Below are positions 42,427 through 53,314 of a DNA stretch of 64,000 bases, one piece after another. Position 1 is the stretch's first letter, and every line of letters starts with the position of its first letter. The notes below the pieces were generated by a model that was not told the origin of the DNA, made no database searches, and saw only the letters and a program-made list of their open reading frames with translations. The position numbers and the translations under genes were made by a program. Source of the DNA: Carpediemonas membranifera BICM (Eukaryota; Protista; Fornicata); the NCBI GenBank assembly GCA_019828565.1, contig JAHDYR010000007.1:320373-384372 (forward strand), given 5' to 3'.

Positions 42427-44370
42427 TCAGAATGTTCTCACGACAGCATCAACGATTGCAGCGACCTCGTTGAACTGCGGGACGGCGTCGGGGTATCCCT
42501 GCCACCTCATGGCGTTCACGGCAACGACCATGGCCTGCAGGACATTGTGGACGACCTGGTCGAGCCCCCAGAAAGAAGCCTCGACGAGAGCAAAGGTCAG
42601 CTTGTTCTCGTTCGTCAGGTGATCTCGCGCCTCGAGCATACCGGGGCGTGCCCTCCTGACGGCCGCGGACACCAGCTTCGTCTCGCTGTCAGTCAATGCT
42701 TCCTTACTGGCGCACATGGTGTCGGCCTGGAACGCCACAGTCATGACCCACCCGAGCAGGTCGACCGTGTCTCGCAGCTCGTAGTCGAGGACGTCCCAGA
42801 TCCATCCCAGCACCTCGGCGTGGCCGGTCAGGTGACTGGTAATAATGAGGCCGAGGATGGCGTCCCGGGCGATGGAGCAGCTGCCTGCCCACGGCATGTC
42901 CTCGGAGAAGAGCCGGTTCTTGTCATGGGCCGAGTCGTCAAACGACTCAAACCGACCGCCCACACGCCCCACGGCAGCGGCGAAGTCCCGGACCACGGAT
43001 GCCCGGTCGACTGTCGCGCCGTTGTCATCCACAGCCCCGCCGAGGTAGCTCAGCACAGGAGTCTGGAACAGTCGAATGTGCCTGCCGCAGTCGGGTGCCT
43101 CCCCTGAGAGCACCCTGACGAAGTTCCTGGCGAGGGTGCAGACGGTGGGGTGGAAGCGGATGGGACTATCGCCCAGCATGCAGTCTTCGATGCCCCCGCC
43201 GAACAGGGCGAACAGGGGCGGACTGAGCGAGTTGACCAGGTCCTCGGTGGTCTTCAGACTGCGGGTCTCGGTCAGCTGCGGGGGGCAGTCGAACCCGCTG
43301 AGGAGGAGGGTGTCCCGCAGGGCCTGCTCGACCCCCTCGGCCCGCACGATGTCCAGCCAGTTGCAGGTGGTCAGGCTCCGGAACACAGTGATGAAGGGCC
43401 GCTTGTACTGTGCCCCCTCGTGTACAGTGGGGCGGTCGATGACCTCGTACGGCCGCTGCTTGTGCCGAGTCAGTTCGGGGCTGAGGAATCTCTTGCCCCG
43501 GACGATCGTCTTGCTCTGGTCGTTGCCCGCGACAACAGCAGCGACGGCAGCTTGCAGCTTAAGGTTCATGAATCCCGCTGGCCTCTTGTAGTTCGGACTT
43601 CTCCCGTTCTTGCCGACCCTGGACATGAAGAGATAGTTCATGAACCGCACAGTGCGAACGGTGGCAGTGTCCGCGGTGAGGCTGAAAACATCGGTCGCCT
43701 GGGCGATGACGTGGGCCTTAGTGTGCACCAGATGCATGTCCGTGTCGGCGCTGACGATGACGGGCGTCTTTCCCTCACCTATCAGCTCCTTCACAGCCCG
43801 ACATATCATCGTGTCGGCCTCCTGGAGGATGTCGCAGCGGTAGACGAGGCCCGCCTCGATGCACAGCTCGGGGGTCATGTCCATCAGGTAGGAGCGGATG
43901 GGGAACGTCCCGGAGTGCAGTAGTCGGCCCCTCTCGCCCGTACCGGGGAGGGGCGTGAGGAGGTCCCCGTTGGCGACGACGTCTTCGGTGAAGGGGAACA
44001 ACAGATTGTTGGAGACCAGGTTGCCGTCAGCGTCCTTCAGTACAGACTTCAGCGGCTTGGCTGAGCCGTCATCGAACAATATAACGGTGCTTGGAAGCCC
44101 TGCGAGCTGTGCAAGCATCGCTTTTGTCTCTGATACCAGCTCGGACAGAGTAAAACACGGGAAGCTGGGGCGATTAGCGAGCTTAGTGTTGGCTGAAAGA
44201 TTGTCTAAGAAGGAAAATATTGCATTGGGCCAGTCAATGAGGAAGGCAACGCTTTCGTCCAGCGGTAAATCGCCGATAAGTGTGGATTTGAAGTTAGAGT
44301 CCCTCGCGAGCATTTCTTCGTCCTTCACCACTTCATACCTGATGAAGCCGTTCAAACCAGCAACACCCAT
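42427..44370 (-). CDS. XPG/FEN1-like PIN-domain nuclease family protein (Asteroid/FAM120-like), copy 1
   Basis: MGVAGL N-terminus, FLID, LFDDG, QEAD, VSADTD, AGND (H3TH-like). Confidence 0.75.
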   Translation of the reverse strand: MGVAGLNGFIRYEVVKDEEMLARDSNFKSTLIGDLPLDESVAFLIDWPNAIFSFLDNLSANTKLANRPSFPCFTLSELVSETKAMLAQLAGLPSTVILFDDGSAKPLKSVLKDADGNLVSNNLLFPFTEDVVANGDLLTPLPGTGERGRLLHSGTFPIRSYLMDMTPELCIEAGLVYRCDILQEADTMICRAVKELIGEGKTPVIVSADTDMHLVHTKAHVIAQATDVFSLTADTATVRTVRFMNYLFMSRVGKNGRSPNYKRPAGFMNLKLQAAVAAVVAGNDQSKTIVRGKRFLSPELTRHKQRPYEVIDRPTVHEGAQYKRPFITVFRSLTTCNWLDIVRAEGVEQALRDTLLLSGFDCPPQLTETRSLKTTEDLVNSLSPPLFALFGGGIEDCMLGDSPIRFHPTVCTLARNFVRVLSGEAPDCGRHIRLFQTPVLSYLGGAVDDNGATVDRASVVRDFAAAVGRVGGRFESFDDSAHDKNRLFSEDMPWAGSCSIARDAILGLIITSHLTGHAEVLGWIWDVLDYELRDTVDLLGWVMTVAFQADTMCASKEALTDSETKLVSAAVRRARPGMLEARDHLTNENKLTFALVEASFWGLDQVVHNVLQAMVVAVNAMRWQGYPDAVPQFNEVAAIVDAVVRTF

Positions 44371-44795
44371 CTTCTTTTCGGTTGCTCGCGTGCGTTTCGC
44401 GTGGCATTAGGGGCAAAACTGCGGAACCATGACAATGACGATGTGAGCCCTCTGAACGTGAAGCGTTGTCGTACGAGGCTGAGGTACGTCTTTCCCGGGT
44501 CTCTGCACATTTTCCCACCGCCGCTCAGCCAAGCAGTCAGCTCCATCCTGTGGCGAGAGCAGCTGCTTCGTGGAGAATTGATTGATTTTGATCAAACGAA
44601 CAACACTACACCTGCCACTCACACATTGGAAACTGAACAACTTTAGACAGGACTATTACGCGATTTATGGTTCATGTATTGTTTGATGCTGGCCCCTGTG
44701 ACAGTCTCCCGTGACATGGATTCCACGACAAAAGGTTGAGATTACCAGAAAGATGAACAATCCAACCCAGATCATCTCGGTCGAGAAGAGTCACG

Positions 44796-46472
44796 ATGAG
44801 CGCACCACGCTTTTGTTGTTTGTTGATCATTCTCATGCTTTCACACAGCACCGACGGCGGCGCCGAGGTTTTTCATGATATACTTGCAAGCAATACCCCC
44901 GTGATCTCGTTTATTGGCGCCAAGGGCACCCGCAAGTCTCAACTCGCGAATGCGATCATGGGCACGGTGTTCCCGCTGTTCCCGCACGAAGGAGGAACCA
45001 AGGGTGTGTGGGTCCAGCAGAGCCACGGTGCCACTGTCCTTGACTTCCAGGGTTCTTACGATGGCGGCAATGACGCCCGAAACGCGGACCATCAAGCCGG
45101 CCTGGCCAGCTTTGTGCTCTCGGATGCTTGTGTGCTTTGCATGCATTCGACCAGCTTCGAGACGGACTATGGCGAGGAGCTCCTCGAGCAGCTATTCTCC
45201 AACCTTCGTAAGTTCAGCAGAGTGGATGGCAGGGCCCGCGCCAAGATGCGTCTGCACGTCGTGCTCCACGACTACGATAGGGGACACGCGCCGAACCCCT
45301 CCTTGGTCACCAGGACCGACATTGAGCTTCTCAAGAGAAGATATCAGGACATTTGGACCCGCGGCCTCGAGGCAGACGAGGGTAGGGCCACACTCGGCGA
45401 CTGGGTCGTCATCGAGTTCCACGGAATCGGGCCAGATCCAAATGCGCAGCTCAACCCCTATCACCAGCTGAAGAACCGACTCGGCAGCGCTCAAGCGGGC
45501 GGATACAGCCATTGCCAGGCACATACGGCGCATGAGGTGTTCCGCGATGAGAAGCCGCAGAGCCTTTTGGGCCGGTTCAACGAGTATGACCTCCGCTACA
45601 TCCTGGACAAGCCCGTTGCAACCAACGCGATGGAGGCCTACATCAAGTGGTTCCGGGAAAGACTCTGCCACTCTACCACGGACTTGGCCAATGACGCTGA
45701 GGCCACTCGCGCAGAGGCGGTAAAGCTGTTTGATGACGATACAAAAGGTATCAACGCGACGCTCAGGGCTGAATTCCGAGAGAAGCTCAAGACCAAGGTG
45801 ACGACGATCGCGATAGAGCTCAATAAGACACTGCTCGACCAGGCGCCCAAGCTCGGGAAGACAATCATGGGGAAGAACGCCGTGAAGAAGTGGGGCAGCT
45901 ACATCTACAGGCCTGAGAATGAGAGCGATGAGAAGAAGGCCGTCAGGAAGGCCACTCTGAACAAGGCTCTGGCGGAGCTCTTCAAGCAGTTTTGTGACAG
46001 GTGCACGATCCCCAGCACAGTGGACCGGGACGCCGTGCGGGCCCACCTCCGTCTTTCCCACGCCCTGCCCGAGCAGGTGGAGCTCGCCAACATGATCGCC
46101 CAGAAGATCTTCAACCGCACGTTCAAGTGCACCAGCAACGGCAACCCGACCGTCCTCAGCATTTCGTACCAGCTCAAGCATATGATCACCAACAAGCGGC
46201 TCCAGGCCATAATTGTCCAGGCTACTGCCGACACGAAGGCCGTCTTGAAAGCCTTCGAGGCTCACATCCTCGCTGAGGGGACGAGCGAGACTTTCATGCC
46301 CGACAAAGTGCCCGAGGTGGCGGAGTCGATCGAGAACATCCGCCGTCTGACCAACTTCCTCTGGAATGTGCTATCCTGGATCGGCCGGAAAGCCCTGGCG
46401 GCACTGTGCTTGGTCAGCCAGAAGACACGGGCGATCAGGAACAAATTCGAGGAGATTCTGCATCTAAACTGA
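44796..46472 (+). CDS. Second Sey1/RHD3-like GTPase-domain protein with degenerate P-loop
   Basis: VISFIGAKGTRKSQLANAIMG, GTKGVW, VLDFQG, LHVVLHD; shares VDR(E/D)AV.AHL and LC(L/H)S motifs with 40673-42382. Confidence 0.72.
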   Translation: MSAPRFCCLLIILMLSHSTDGGAEVFHDILASNTPVISFIGAKGTRKSQLANAIMGTVFPLFPHEGGTKGVWVQQSHGATVLDFQGSYDGGNDARNADHQAGLASFVLSDACVLCMHSTSFETDYGEELLEQLFSNLRKFSRVDGRARAKMRLHVVLHDYDRGHAPNPSLVTRTDIELLKRRYQDIWTRGLEADEGRATLGDWVVIEFHGIGPDPNAQLNPYHQLKNRLGSAQAGGYSHCQAHTAHEVFRDEKPQSLLGRFNEYDLRYILDKPVATNAMEAYIKWFRERLCHSTTDLANDAEATRAEAVKLFDDDTKGINATLRAEFREKLKTKVTTIAIELNKTLLDQAPKLGKTIMGKNAVKKWGSYIYRPENESDEKKAVRKATLNKALAELFKQFCDRCTIPSTVDRDAVRAHLRLSHALPEQVELANMIAQKIFNRTFKCTSNGNPTVLSISYQLKHMITNKRLQAIIVQATADTKAVLKAFEAHILAEGTSETFMPDKVPEVAESIENIRRLTNFLWNVLSWIGRKALAALCLVSQKTRAIRNKFEEILHLN

Positions 46473-46563
46473 ACATAGAATGCCTTTTCCTCGGTGAAGG
46501 TCACCCATAAAAGGGTAACGATCTATTTATGGCACGGTAAAGAAGAGATTCAAGGACCAGCCT

Positions 46564-48474
46564 CTACACAAACAAGAAGTCAAACAGCGCGCACGATGCG
46601 ATCTCCCCAGGGACTAAATCTTTCGAGATCGAGTCTTCTGTATCAAAATCGCACTCAATCTCGAAGGACGGCAGGTCCATGGTGTCCAGCTCGACGTCCA
46701 GCCGCTCCAGCTCGACAAAGTGCCTGGCGACGAGGAGGTTGACTTCATTCTTGAGCCTCGGGTCGACAGGCTCTGGCCCCATCGAGTCGGGGCGGAACGA
46801 CGACACGACCTGGTCGATCTGTAGCAGGTTCAGGGCGGGACAGACCCTCTCCCGGACCGCCGGGTCGAGCAGCTTCCTCTTGTTCATGAGCAACACGTCT
46901 GCCAGCTGCTTGAGCGGCTCGACCTCCCCCGCGGCGTCACCGAGGCTGGGCTGGAGGTCACCGATGAGGGACTGCATGCGGAGACCCGTAGAGACGGTGC
47001 AGAGGCCACTCGCGGGGTCGATGATTTGATTGAAAAGAAGCGAGGCAATATGCCGGAAAAATTGACGGAAAAGCACCGCCCGGAGCTCCTTGGGGAGGTG
47101 GAACTTGTCACAATCCGCCCCGATCTGGTCCATCAGCCGCTGGAGACCAGACTTGACAAGTGGCGGTTCAGTTAGGGCGAAGTCGAGCAGGGCCGGCACG
47201 ACGCCCTTGAAGTCGTGGGCGATGTTGCAGTGGGCGAACCACACGGCCTCGTGGACCAGGGCGCCGAGTCGTGACTCCACAGAGTCGTCGGGGGCGGGGC
47301 GGGTGCAGGATAGGACACTCGGTCCCCGCTGTCTGAGGCTGTGCAGGAACACCACCGCGGACGCCACGTGGAGCACGGTGGGCATGGACGAGCGGGCGGC
47401 CCACAGACGGGATGACAGGAGCTCGAGGGCCGACGCCAGCTTACCTGGGTCCGCCCGGTACCCGTCCCACTGCTTCATGCAGGCATGGACGGCGAGGGCG
47501 AGGACGGGCGTGCCCTTGGGCGTGTAGGTCGGGTCCGCCAACATGATGAGGCGGTCGAACAGCTGGACACGCTGGGAGGCGACCTTCTCTGCTAGTTGCC
47601 GCTTGAGGTCGTTGATGGTTTCATTTCTTAGCTCGATCCCGCCGTCGCAGTCGAGTTCCTCAGGAGTGATCGCCTCCATGTCGGGCAGACCGAACTTGGG
47701 CGATGCAGGGATGGTCAGCGTCTCTAGCGTCTTCATGGCGGAGTCAACGCTCTTCCCGACGATCTCTGGGTCGGTTGGCTCCTTCTGGTTACCAACGACA
47801 CCACTCGACAGCTTGGAGCGGTGGGTGTTGCGGCGCTGGTCCGATGGTAGCGGGGGTAGCTCTCTGCCGTACCTTGGGGGCAGGCCACCCGAGTCCGCGC
47901 GGTCTCTTGCAGTCTTGGTCTCACCCGAGTCAAACGAAGCGGAGCCTGGCTCAGCACCGGCGTCTGATCCCGCATAGGACGAAAGCACGCACACGCTACC
48001 CAGGGCGGACGGTGCGATGGACAGGGGCACCGCATGGTCGAGGTCTGTGATGGTGAAGGCGAGCTCGAGCGTGGCGTTCCCGGCAGCTGTAGCCATCTCA
48101 TACTTGCGGTCTAGTTGCGTGAGGCGGAGTTTGCGCATCTTCGAGTATATGGATGCTATGTCGAGGCGGATGTGGCCGATCTCTGCGTCGGAGCCATCGC
48201 AAACAACTATGCCCAGAGCCTTCTTAACAAAGCCTCGCTTGGGAGCTTGTGCATAGAGTATCGTCATTGTGAAACCAATGGCTTCAGACACCTCTACGTA
48301 CCCGCCAAACAGATCTACTAGTCTTGTCGAGCCTCGATGACTCCCACGAGTCCAGCGAACCCTCGCTTTGTTGTACATCTGCGGCAAATTGAGGCCCACT
48401 GATATGGAGACTTCAACTGGATACTCAGTGAAGCGCTTCTTGCTTCTGTTCGATGGATGATGTGGCGCGAGCAT
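46564..48474 (-). CDS. NT-C2 (EEIG1/EHBP1-type) plus DIL (dilute) domain protein
   Basis: RVRWTRG...IGHIRLDIA (NT-C2); LFRQFFRHIASLLFNQII...LKQLADVLLMNK...CPALNLLQI (DIL). Confidence 0.8.
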   Translation of the reverse strand: MLAPHHPSNRSKKRFTEYPVEVSISVGLNLPQMYNKARVRWTRGSHRGSTRLVDLFGGYVEVSEAIGFTMTILYAQAPKRGFVKKALGIVVCDGSDAEIGHIRLDIASIYSKMRKLRLTQLDRKYEMATAAGNATLELAFTITDLDHAVPLSIAPSALGSVCVLSSYAGSDAGAEPGSASFDSGETKTARDRADSGGLPPRYGRELPPLPSDQRRNTHRSKLSSGVVGNQKEPTDPEIVGKSVDSAMKTLETLTIPASPKFGLPDMEAITPEELDCDGGIELRNETINDLKRQLAEKVASQRVQLFDRLIMLADPTYTPKGTPVLALAVHACMKQWDGYRADPGKLASALELLSSRLWAARSSMPTVLHVASAVVFLHSLRQRGPSVLSCTRPAPDDSVESRLGALVHEAVWFAHCNIAHDFKGVVPALLDFALTEPPLVKSGLQRLMDQIGADCDKFHLPKELRAVLFRQFFRHIASLLFNQIIDPASGLCTVSTGLRMQSLIGDLQPSLGDAAGEVEPLKQLADVLLMNKRKLLDPAVRERVCPALNLLQIDQVVSSFRPDSMGPEPVDPRLKNEVNLLVARHFVELERLDVELDTMDLPSFEIECDFDTEDSISKDLVPGEIASCALFDFLFV

Positions 48475-48655
48475 TGGACCCGCTTAATCTGCGGGGGACG
48501 CCAAACCCACCGAAGTCTGCTCCCGGAGCCATAGTACCGACCGACTGCGCTATTGTGGCGACTGGCGCGTCATATAGCCACCAATTTAGGACGGTGCATT
48601 TTATGCCGTGATCATCTTCCACGATGCTTATCGAAATTCTAGGCGAAATAGAAGG

Positions 48656-50062
48656 ATGAGGAGCCGCACAATCCTAATCTTATCTCTCATAAGCGTTGTA
48701 ATGGCGCTTGAAACTCTTCCAACTCCGTCAGCAGCTGTCACACAGAGCAATGGCTTTGCAAACCTCACACTGAGCATGGAAAAAGCATATGAGAACCGCA
48801 GCATCATTCTTTACACAATATCTCCTACGGAGAACACCATATGCGAACTCTCGACGATGAACCATTACCTTGAGCCCGTGCTCGTCCCCACCTCCGTCAC
48901 GGTCGCCTATTGCGCCACAGGCCACCCGGTTCACTACACAGCCTCCCCTATCACCAACATTTCTGTCGCGGTGACTTCAATACCGGCCCCCACCGCCCCC
49001 GTGGTCTGTTTGTCGGCCAGCCCCACCTGGTGCGCCGACCACAAGGCTCAGCATGTCAGCATCGACACGCTCGCGACCATACCCAGCGGCGCCCTCGCTT
49101 TCCTCGAGACCGCGACCCCCAGTGAGTTCTTCGAGTACCGCTGGGACTCGGGCCCATGGACTCTGTTCCAGCCGGGCAGCGGACTGAGTCTCGAAAGGTC
49201 GGGCACGCTGCATGTTAGACGAGTCAAGACCATTGATGACTCTTATGTGGCCTCTGATCCCGTCTCCTCCACTGTGACGGTCCAGGCCGTCTCGACCAGC
49301 ACTGCAGTCACCGTCTCAGCGATGGAGTACAACCAGACGACGTACGATGCAGAGACTCTGCGCGGGATCGTCCCTCTTGACGTGACCACCTTCACCGTAG
49401 CCAAGGGCGCCCTGTCCTTAACCTGCACCGACTGTGGTATGCGGGCGCACGCGCACCCACTCAGAAGGCCCGGTGCCCAGCCGGAGAGCCCCGCTGCCCT
49501 GGCCGCTGCGGCGGTGGCGACGGGCCACGACCCCGCCTTCTACCTCGGGGCGGGGGCGGACGTTGTCGCCGAGCTCGGGTGGGGAGCAACCCTCACTGTT
49601 GCAAGTCCCAGCACAGTCCAGCTCGTGGCGATCGACATCGTCCCTACCACCGCCGACCTATCCCGGCCGACGACTGTCTTCGTGCTCCAGTACCCTCTGA
49701 CGGCGACCACAACCAGTGTGGGCAGTCTCTCCTCCGCTGTGGTCGCCTCGGTGGAATCATCGCCCATTGGATTCACCAAGGCGCTGTGGAACGACGTGGT
49801 GGGGTCCGGGGTGACCTCAACGAGGAAGCTCGTCGAATGCCTCGCGGCGGGGTCGGGGACTGTCAGGCAGTGCAACCGGTACGCCGTGGATGGGTTTACA
49901 CCGCCCATTCTCTTTATCGGCATCGCTCTCATCGCCGTCCTTTCCGTGTCGGCCTGCGGTATCGGGGTCGTGTCCCTTGTCACGGCAAGGCTCTCCCTCG
50001 GCCGGGCGCTCAAGAAAGCGGCGATAATTATCTCTCCTGGCGACGATAAGAAGGACTTGTAG
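48656..50062 (+). CDS. Type I membrane/surface protein
   Basis: Signal peptide MRSRTILILSLISVVMA, Thr/Ser/Val-rich ectodomain, C-terminal TM helix. Confidence 0.7.
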   Translation: MRSRTILILSLISVVMALETLPTPSAAVTQSNGFANLTLSMEKAYENRSIILYTISPTENTICELSTMNHYLEPVLVPTSVTVAYCATGHPVHYTASPITNISVAVTSIPAPTAPVVCLSASPTWCADHKAQHVSIDTLATIPSGALAFLETATPSEFFEYRWDSGPWTLFQPGSGLSLERSGTLHVRRVKTIDDSYVASDPVSSTVTVQAVSTSTAVTVSAMEYNQTTYDAETLRGIVPLDVTTFTVAKGALSLTCTDCGMRAHAHPLRRPGAQPESPAALAAAAVATGHDPAFYLGAGADVVAELGWGATLTVASPSTVQLVAIDIVPTTADLSRPTTVFVLQYPLTATTTSVGSLSSAVVASVESSPIGFTKALWNDVVGSGVTSTRKLVECLAAGSGTVRQCNRYAVDGFTPPILFIGIALIAVLSVSACGIGVVSLVTARLSLGRALKKAAIIISPGDDKKDL

Positions 50063-50318
50063 TCTCCTAGCCCATATAAACCATATAAACTCCATGTGCA
50101 TCCGACTGCCTCAGTTGCCTGGGGGCAGCAATTTTTGCGCAATATTTCGGGGAGGACTGAATCTAAGCGTGGTATGAGTAACGTCTAACCCGTTTTCACA
50201 TGCCTCTTCACGCGGAATATGTCATAATAGTGCGAAAGAAATTTGATGGGATCAATTTTCGGCCGAGAACGGACTGCGCATTTCCTGGCGTTGTACAGGA
50301 GACCAGCTCAAACAGAGG

Positions 50319-52031
50319 ATGAGAAAGAATACCACCGGCGAATACAGATGGTCTGATGAGGATTATAAGGTCGCCAGGGACGCTTACTATGCGACACGAA
50401 TGGATATACAAGAGAAACTAGACAGCATGGCTCAAATGGTAGGTACTATGGGCATCGCAGACTACATTGGCAAGGATACTCTTAGGATGACGCTCAATGC
50501 CGAGACCTCCTCCATGCTCGAGGACGTCCCAGTCATGCCCTCGGATTCCGAACGCGCCGACAACGGCAGCAGATTCCAGGCCCGCCAGCTACCGGAGCCC
50601 ACTAGCCCAGTACGAGCCTACCCGCCCAACAACCGGTATGAGCCAGAAGACGACGCCAGCACCGAGTCGTCTCCCGAGCACGACGTGGTCAGCCACGAGC
50701 CCGAGCAGCTTCCAGTGCCCCTCCCCGCGAGCGTATCACCCAGCAAAGCCAAACGCGGCATAGTCAATGGCACTACGACGTTCCAGCGGGCACAGGCTGG
50801 CACAACCCTGCCGCCCCGACACTTCACGGTCCCCCGTCCCTTCTCGTTCCTAGAGAGAGATATCGCGGAGGAGAGTAGCATCACCCGCCAGAAGCGGGAA
50901 GAATATCTCAAGGAGATCCAGGAGCGCGAGGACCGTGAGTACCGTTATCGGTTCAAGGCCCAAACTCCCGACCCGGAGATGTTGAAGCCGAAGCTCGAGA
51001 TGATCCACAAGGACCAGGTTGACAGGATCGAGAAGCTCAAGAAGCAGCGTGAGGACGACTTCGACCACCCCTTTTCTTTCTTCAACAAGGACCGCGACTA
51101 TTTGGAACGGAAGAACGCGAGAGAGGTCGAGGGCACGATGAGGGAAACGATGGGGGAGGAGCTGCCGCCCACGCCGTCTTTCAAGGCCACGCCCATTCCG
51201 GATGAGGTTAAGGGCGACCGCATTTCCGCTATGGAGCAGAAGGAGAAGAGAAAGCGGGCCCGCCGTAAGGCCCAGCGCGTCCAAGAGCTCCTCGAGATGT
51301 CGCATCTGCCGCCCCGCATGGAGGAGGCCGAGAAGAATAAGAAGCCCAAGCCCAAGCCGAAGAAACCCGACCGTTTCCGTGCCAATCCCGTCCCGAACTT
51401 CAAGAAGCTACAGAACACGTTTGAAGAACAGCTAAGAATGCGGAAAGCAGGCCACGAGAGAACAGTGCCGATGTCATACAGCTTCAACACAGGCTACACT
51501 GAGCGTCTTGAGGCCGCCCGGGCCGTCATCCGGTCTCAGGTCAAGAAAGACGAGGCAATGGCTATCGAGCGACGCTGGCCCTACCTGTCCCCCGCCGGCA
51601 AGCCCGACTCCGTGTACAACCCGATTCCCAAAGCTGTCCACGAGGCGACCGAGGCCTTCCCCTATGGCGAGACGGTCACCTCGACCATGAGGAAGCGGTT
51701 GGTCGTGGAGCGCGACAGAGAAGAGGCGGAGGAGCTCGAGCGGATCAGGCGGCAGGATGAGGAGCGTGCCACCCGACTGGAGACGATGAAGAGGCTGATC
51801 GCGCCCCTCGCCAAGACGAACACCAAGGCCATGGAAAGGGCTCGGCAACAGCGCAACGACGAGTTCCGTGCCCAACTGAGGCAGAGGAAACGTGAGACAG
51901 ACGCGATGATGGCTGCGATCAAGGAGCGTGTCGCTGAGAGGCCCTTCCTGCTGCAGGCCAAGTACGGGTACGGCGGGTACTCGGAGGCCCCGTGGGAGGC
52001 TGAGGATAGCGAGGATGAGTACGATTTGTAG
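50319..52031 (+). CDS. FAM161 (UPF0564)-like centriolar/ciliary protein
   Basis: FTVPRPFSF, FKAQ, HPFSF, FKATPIP, ELLEMSHLPPRM, NPVPNFKKLQ; charged coiled coils. Confidence 0.7.
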   Translation: MRKNTTGEYRWSDEDYKVARDAYYATRMDIQEKLDSMAQMVGTMGIADYIGKDTLRMTLNAETSSMLEDVPVMPSDSERADNGSRFQARQLPEPTSPVRAYPPNNRYEPEDDASTESSPEHDVVSHEPEQLPVPLPASVSPSKAKRGIVNGTTTFQRAQAGTTLPPRHFTVPRPFSFLERDIAEESSITRQKREEYLKEIQEREDREYRYRFKAQTPDPEMLKPKLEMIHKDQVDRIEKLKKQREDDFDHPFSFFNKDRDYLERKNAREVEGTMRETMGEELPPTPSFKATPIPDEVKGDRISAMEQKEKRKRARRKAQRVQELLEMSHLPPRMEEAEKNKKPKPKPKKPDRFRANPVPNFKKLQNTFEEQLRMRKAGHERTVPMSYSFNTGYTERLEAARAVIRSQVKKDEAMAIERRWPYLSPAGKPDSVYNPIPKAVHEATEAFPYGETVTSTMRKRLVVERDREEAEELERIRRQDEERATRLETMKRLIAPLAKTNTKAMERARQQRNDEFRAQLRQRKRETDAMMAAIKERVAERPFLLQAKYGYGGYSEAPWEAEDSEDEYDL

Positions 52032-52096
52032 CTTAGAGCAGGATAATGCGTAAATTTATCAGGCAGGAGGCACAAATGGTGGGGAAAATGAAGATT

Positions 52097-53314
52097 TTAA
52101 ACAGACCCGCGGCCGAACAGACGCATCGTCCCGTCCTCGTCACCGGTAACCAGCATCACGCCGCCCATCTCATCGGTCGGGTTTCCCAGCAGGATCGTAG
52201 ATACAGCCGGACCGTCAATCCGGAACCTAAGACACCCCTTCACGCCGCTATTCATGGGCCACATGAACACAGACGCCTTATCGCTGCCCGAGCACAGCAG
52301 CCTGCCGTCCGCAGAGACGCTTGGCCGGGCGACGGTGGTCTTGGTGGAGTGGCCTGCATACGTCTGGCGACATATAAAAGTGTCGCCGCTAAAAACTCGG
52401 ATCCGGGAATCACCTGAAGATGCTATGATGGTGTTGTCGTCTGGGACGACGAGGCCGGCCACACACCCCGCCGACTGCTTTGCCCACGAGGCCAGGGGCG
52501 CGAGGGATGCTCCGTCTAAGACCTTGAGGTGCCCGGTAACAGTGCCCACCACCACTCGCCCGCCGCTTGGGCAGAAGCGGACAACGGTGGGCATACCTGG
52601 AGCAGCGCCCTTCGCGAGGACCCGCTTGCTGCCGACGTCGATCAGCCTGACCACGCCGTCTGCAGAGGCTGTAACCACACACTGCGGGTCTGCCGGGTGG
52701 ATATCCGCGGACATGACGTGGGCGGGGTGGGCGAGGGTCTCGACTGGCCCCTCCTGGCCTGCCGTCCAGAGGCGGGCCGTCCCGTCAGACGAGGCGGTGA
52801 TTAGACGACCGCCGGTGCTCCATGTAATGTCTAAGATATCAGCAGTGTGTCCAATATGCGTGCTCGCTGGCGTGATTATGTTGCCCACATCCCAGATGCG
52901 GAGGATTTGATCGCGTCCGCCAGAGGCGATCTGGGAGGAGTCGGCAGACCGTGCGAGCGACCATACAGGGCCTACATGCTCTCTTATGGTCTGCAGCTCC
53001 TGGATAGCCGTGATCACTGGGGCCCGGATGCCTTTCTTCGAGACGGGGATGCGTCGTCCGGGGATGATCGGAGAAACTGGCGTCTTAGAGATCTCCCGCA
53101 GTTGGGAAATGCGGGTTAATGGCGCAGCAAGATTCTCAGTGGCGCTATCCTCTAGCAAGTTGATAACACGTCCTGTATCCAAGTCTCGGATGATGAACTG
53201 CTCTTCTATGTGGCTAGGAAGCTCTTTGCTCCCTTCTTCTGCAGATGAGTGATCAGATGCGGTCTCGAACTCGTCGTCATCCTCGAAGTCCTGGTAGTCT
53301 TCGGAATCAGACAT
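52097..53314 (-). CDS. WDR44-like WD40 protein
   Basis: FIIRDLDTG N-terminal motif, EHVGPVWSL, GHTADILDITWS, SSGDSRIRVF. Confidence 0.75.
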   Translation of the reverse strand: MSDSEDYQDFEDDDEFETASDHSSAEEGSKELPSHIEEQFIIRDLDTGRVINLLEDSATENLAAPLTRISQLREISKTPVSPIIPGRRIPVSKKGIRAPVITAIQELQTIREHVGPVWSLARSADSSQIASGGRDQILRIWDVGNIITPASTHIGHTADILDITWSTGGRLITASSDGTARLWTAGQEGPVETLAHPAHVMSADIHPADPQCVVTASADGVVRLIDVGSKRVLAKGAAPGMPTVVRFCPSGGRVVVGTVTGHLKVLDGASLAPLASWAKQSAGCVAGLVVPDDNTIIASSGDSRIRVFSGDTFICRQTYAGHSTKTTVARPSVSADGRLLCSGSDKASVFMWPMNSGVKGCLRFRIDGPAVSTILLGNPTDEMGGVMLVTGDEDGTMRLFGRGSV

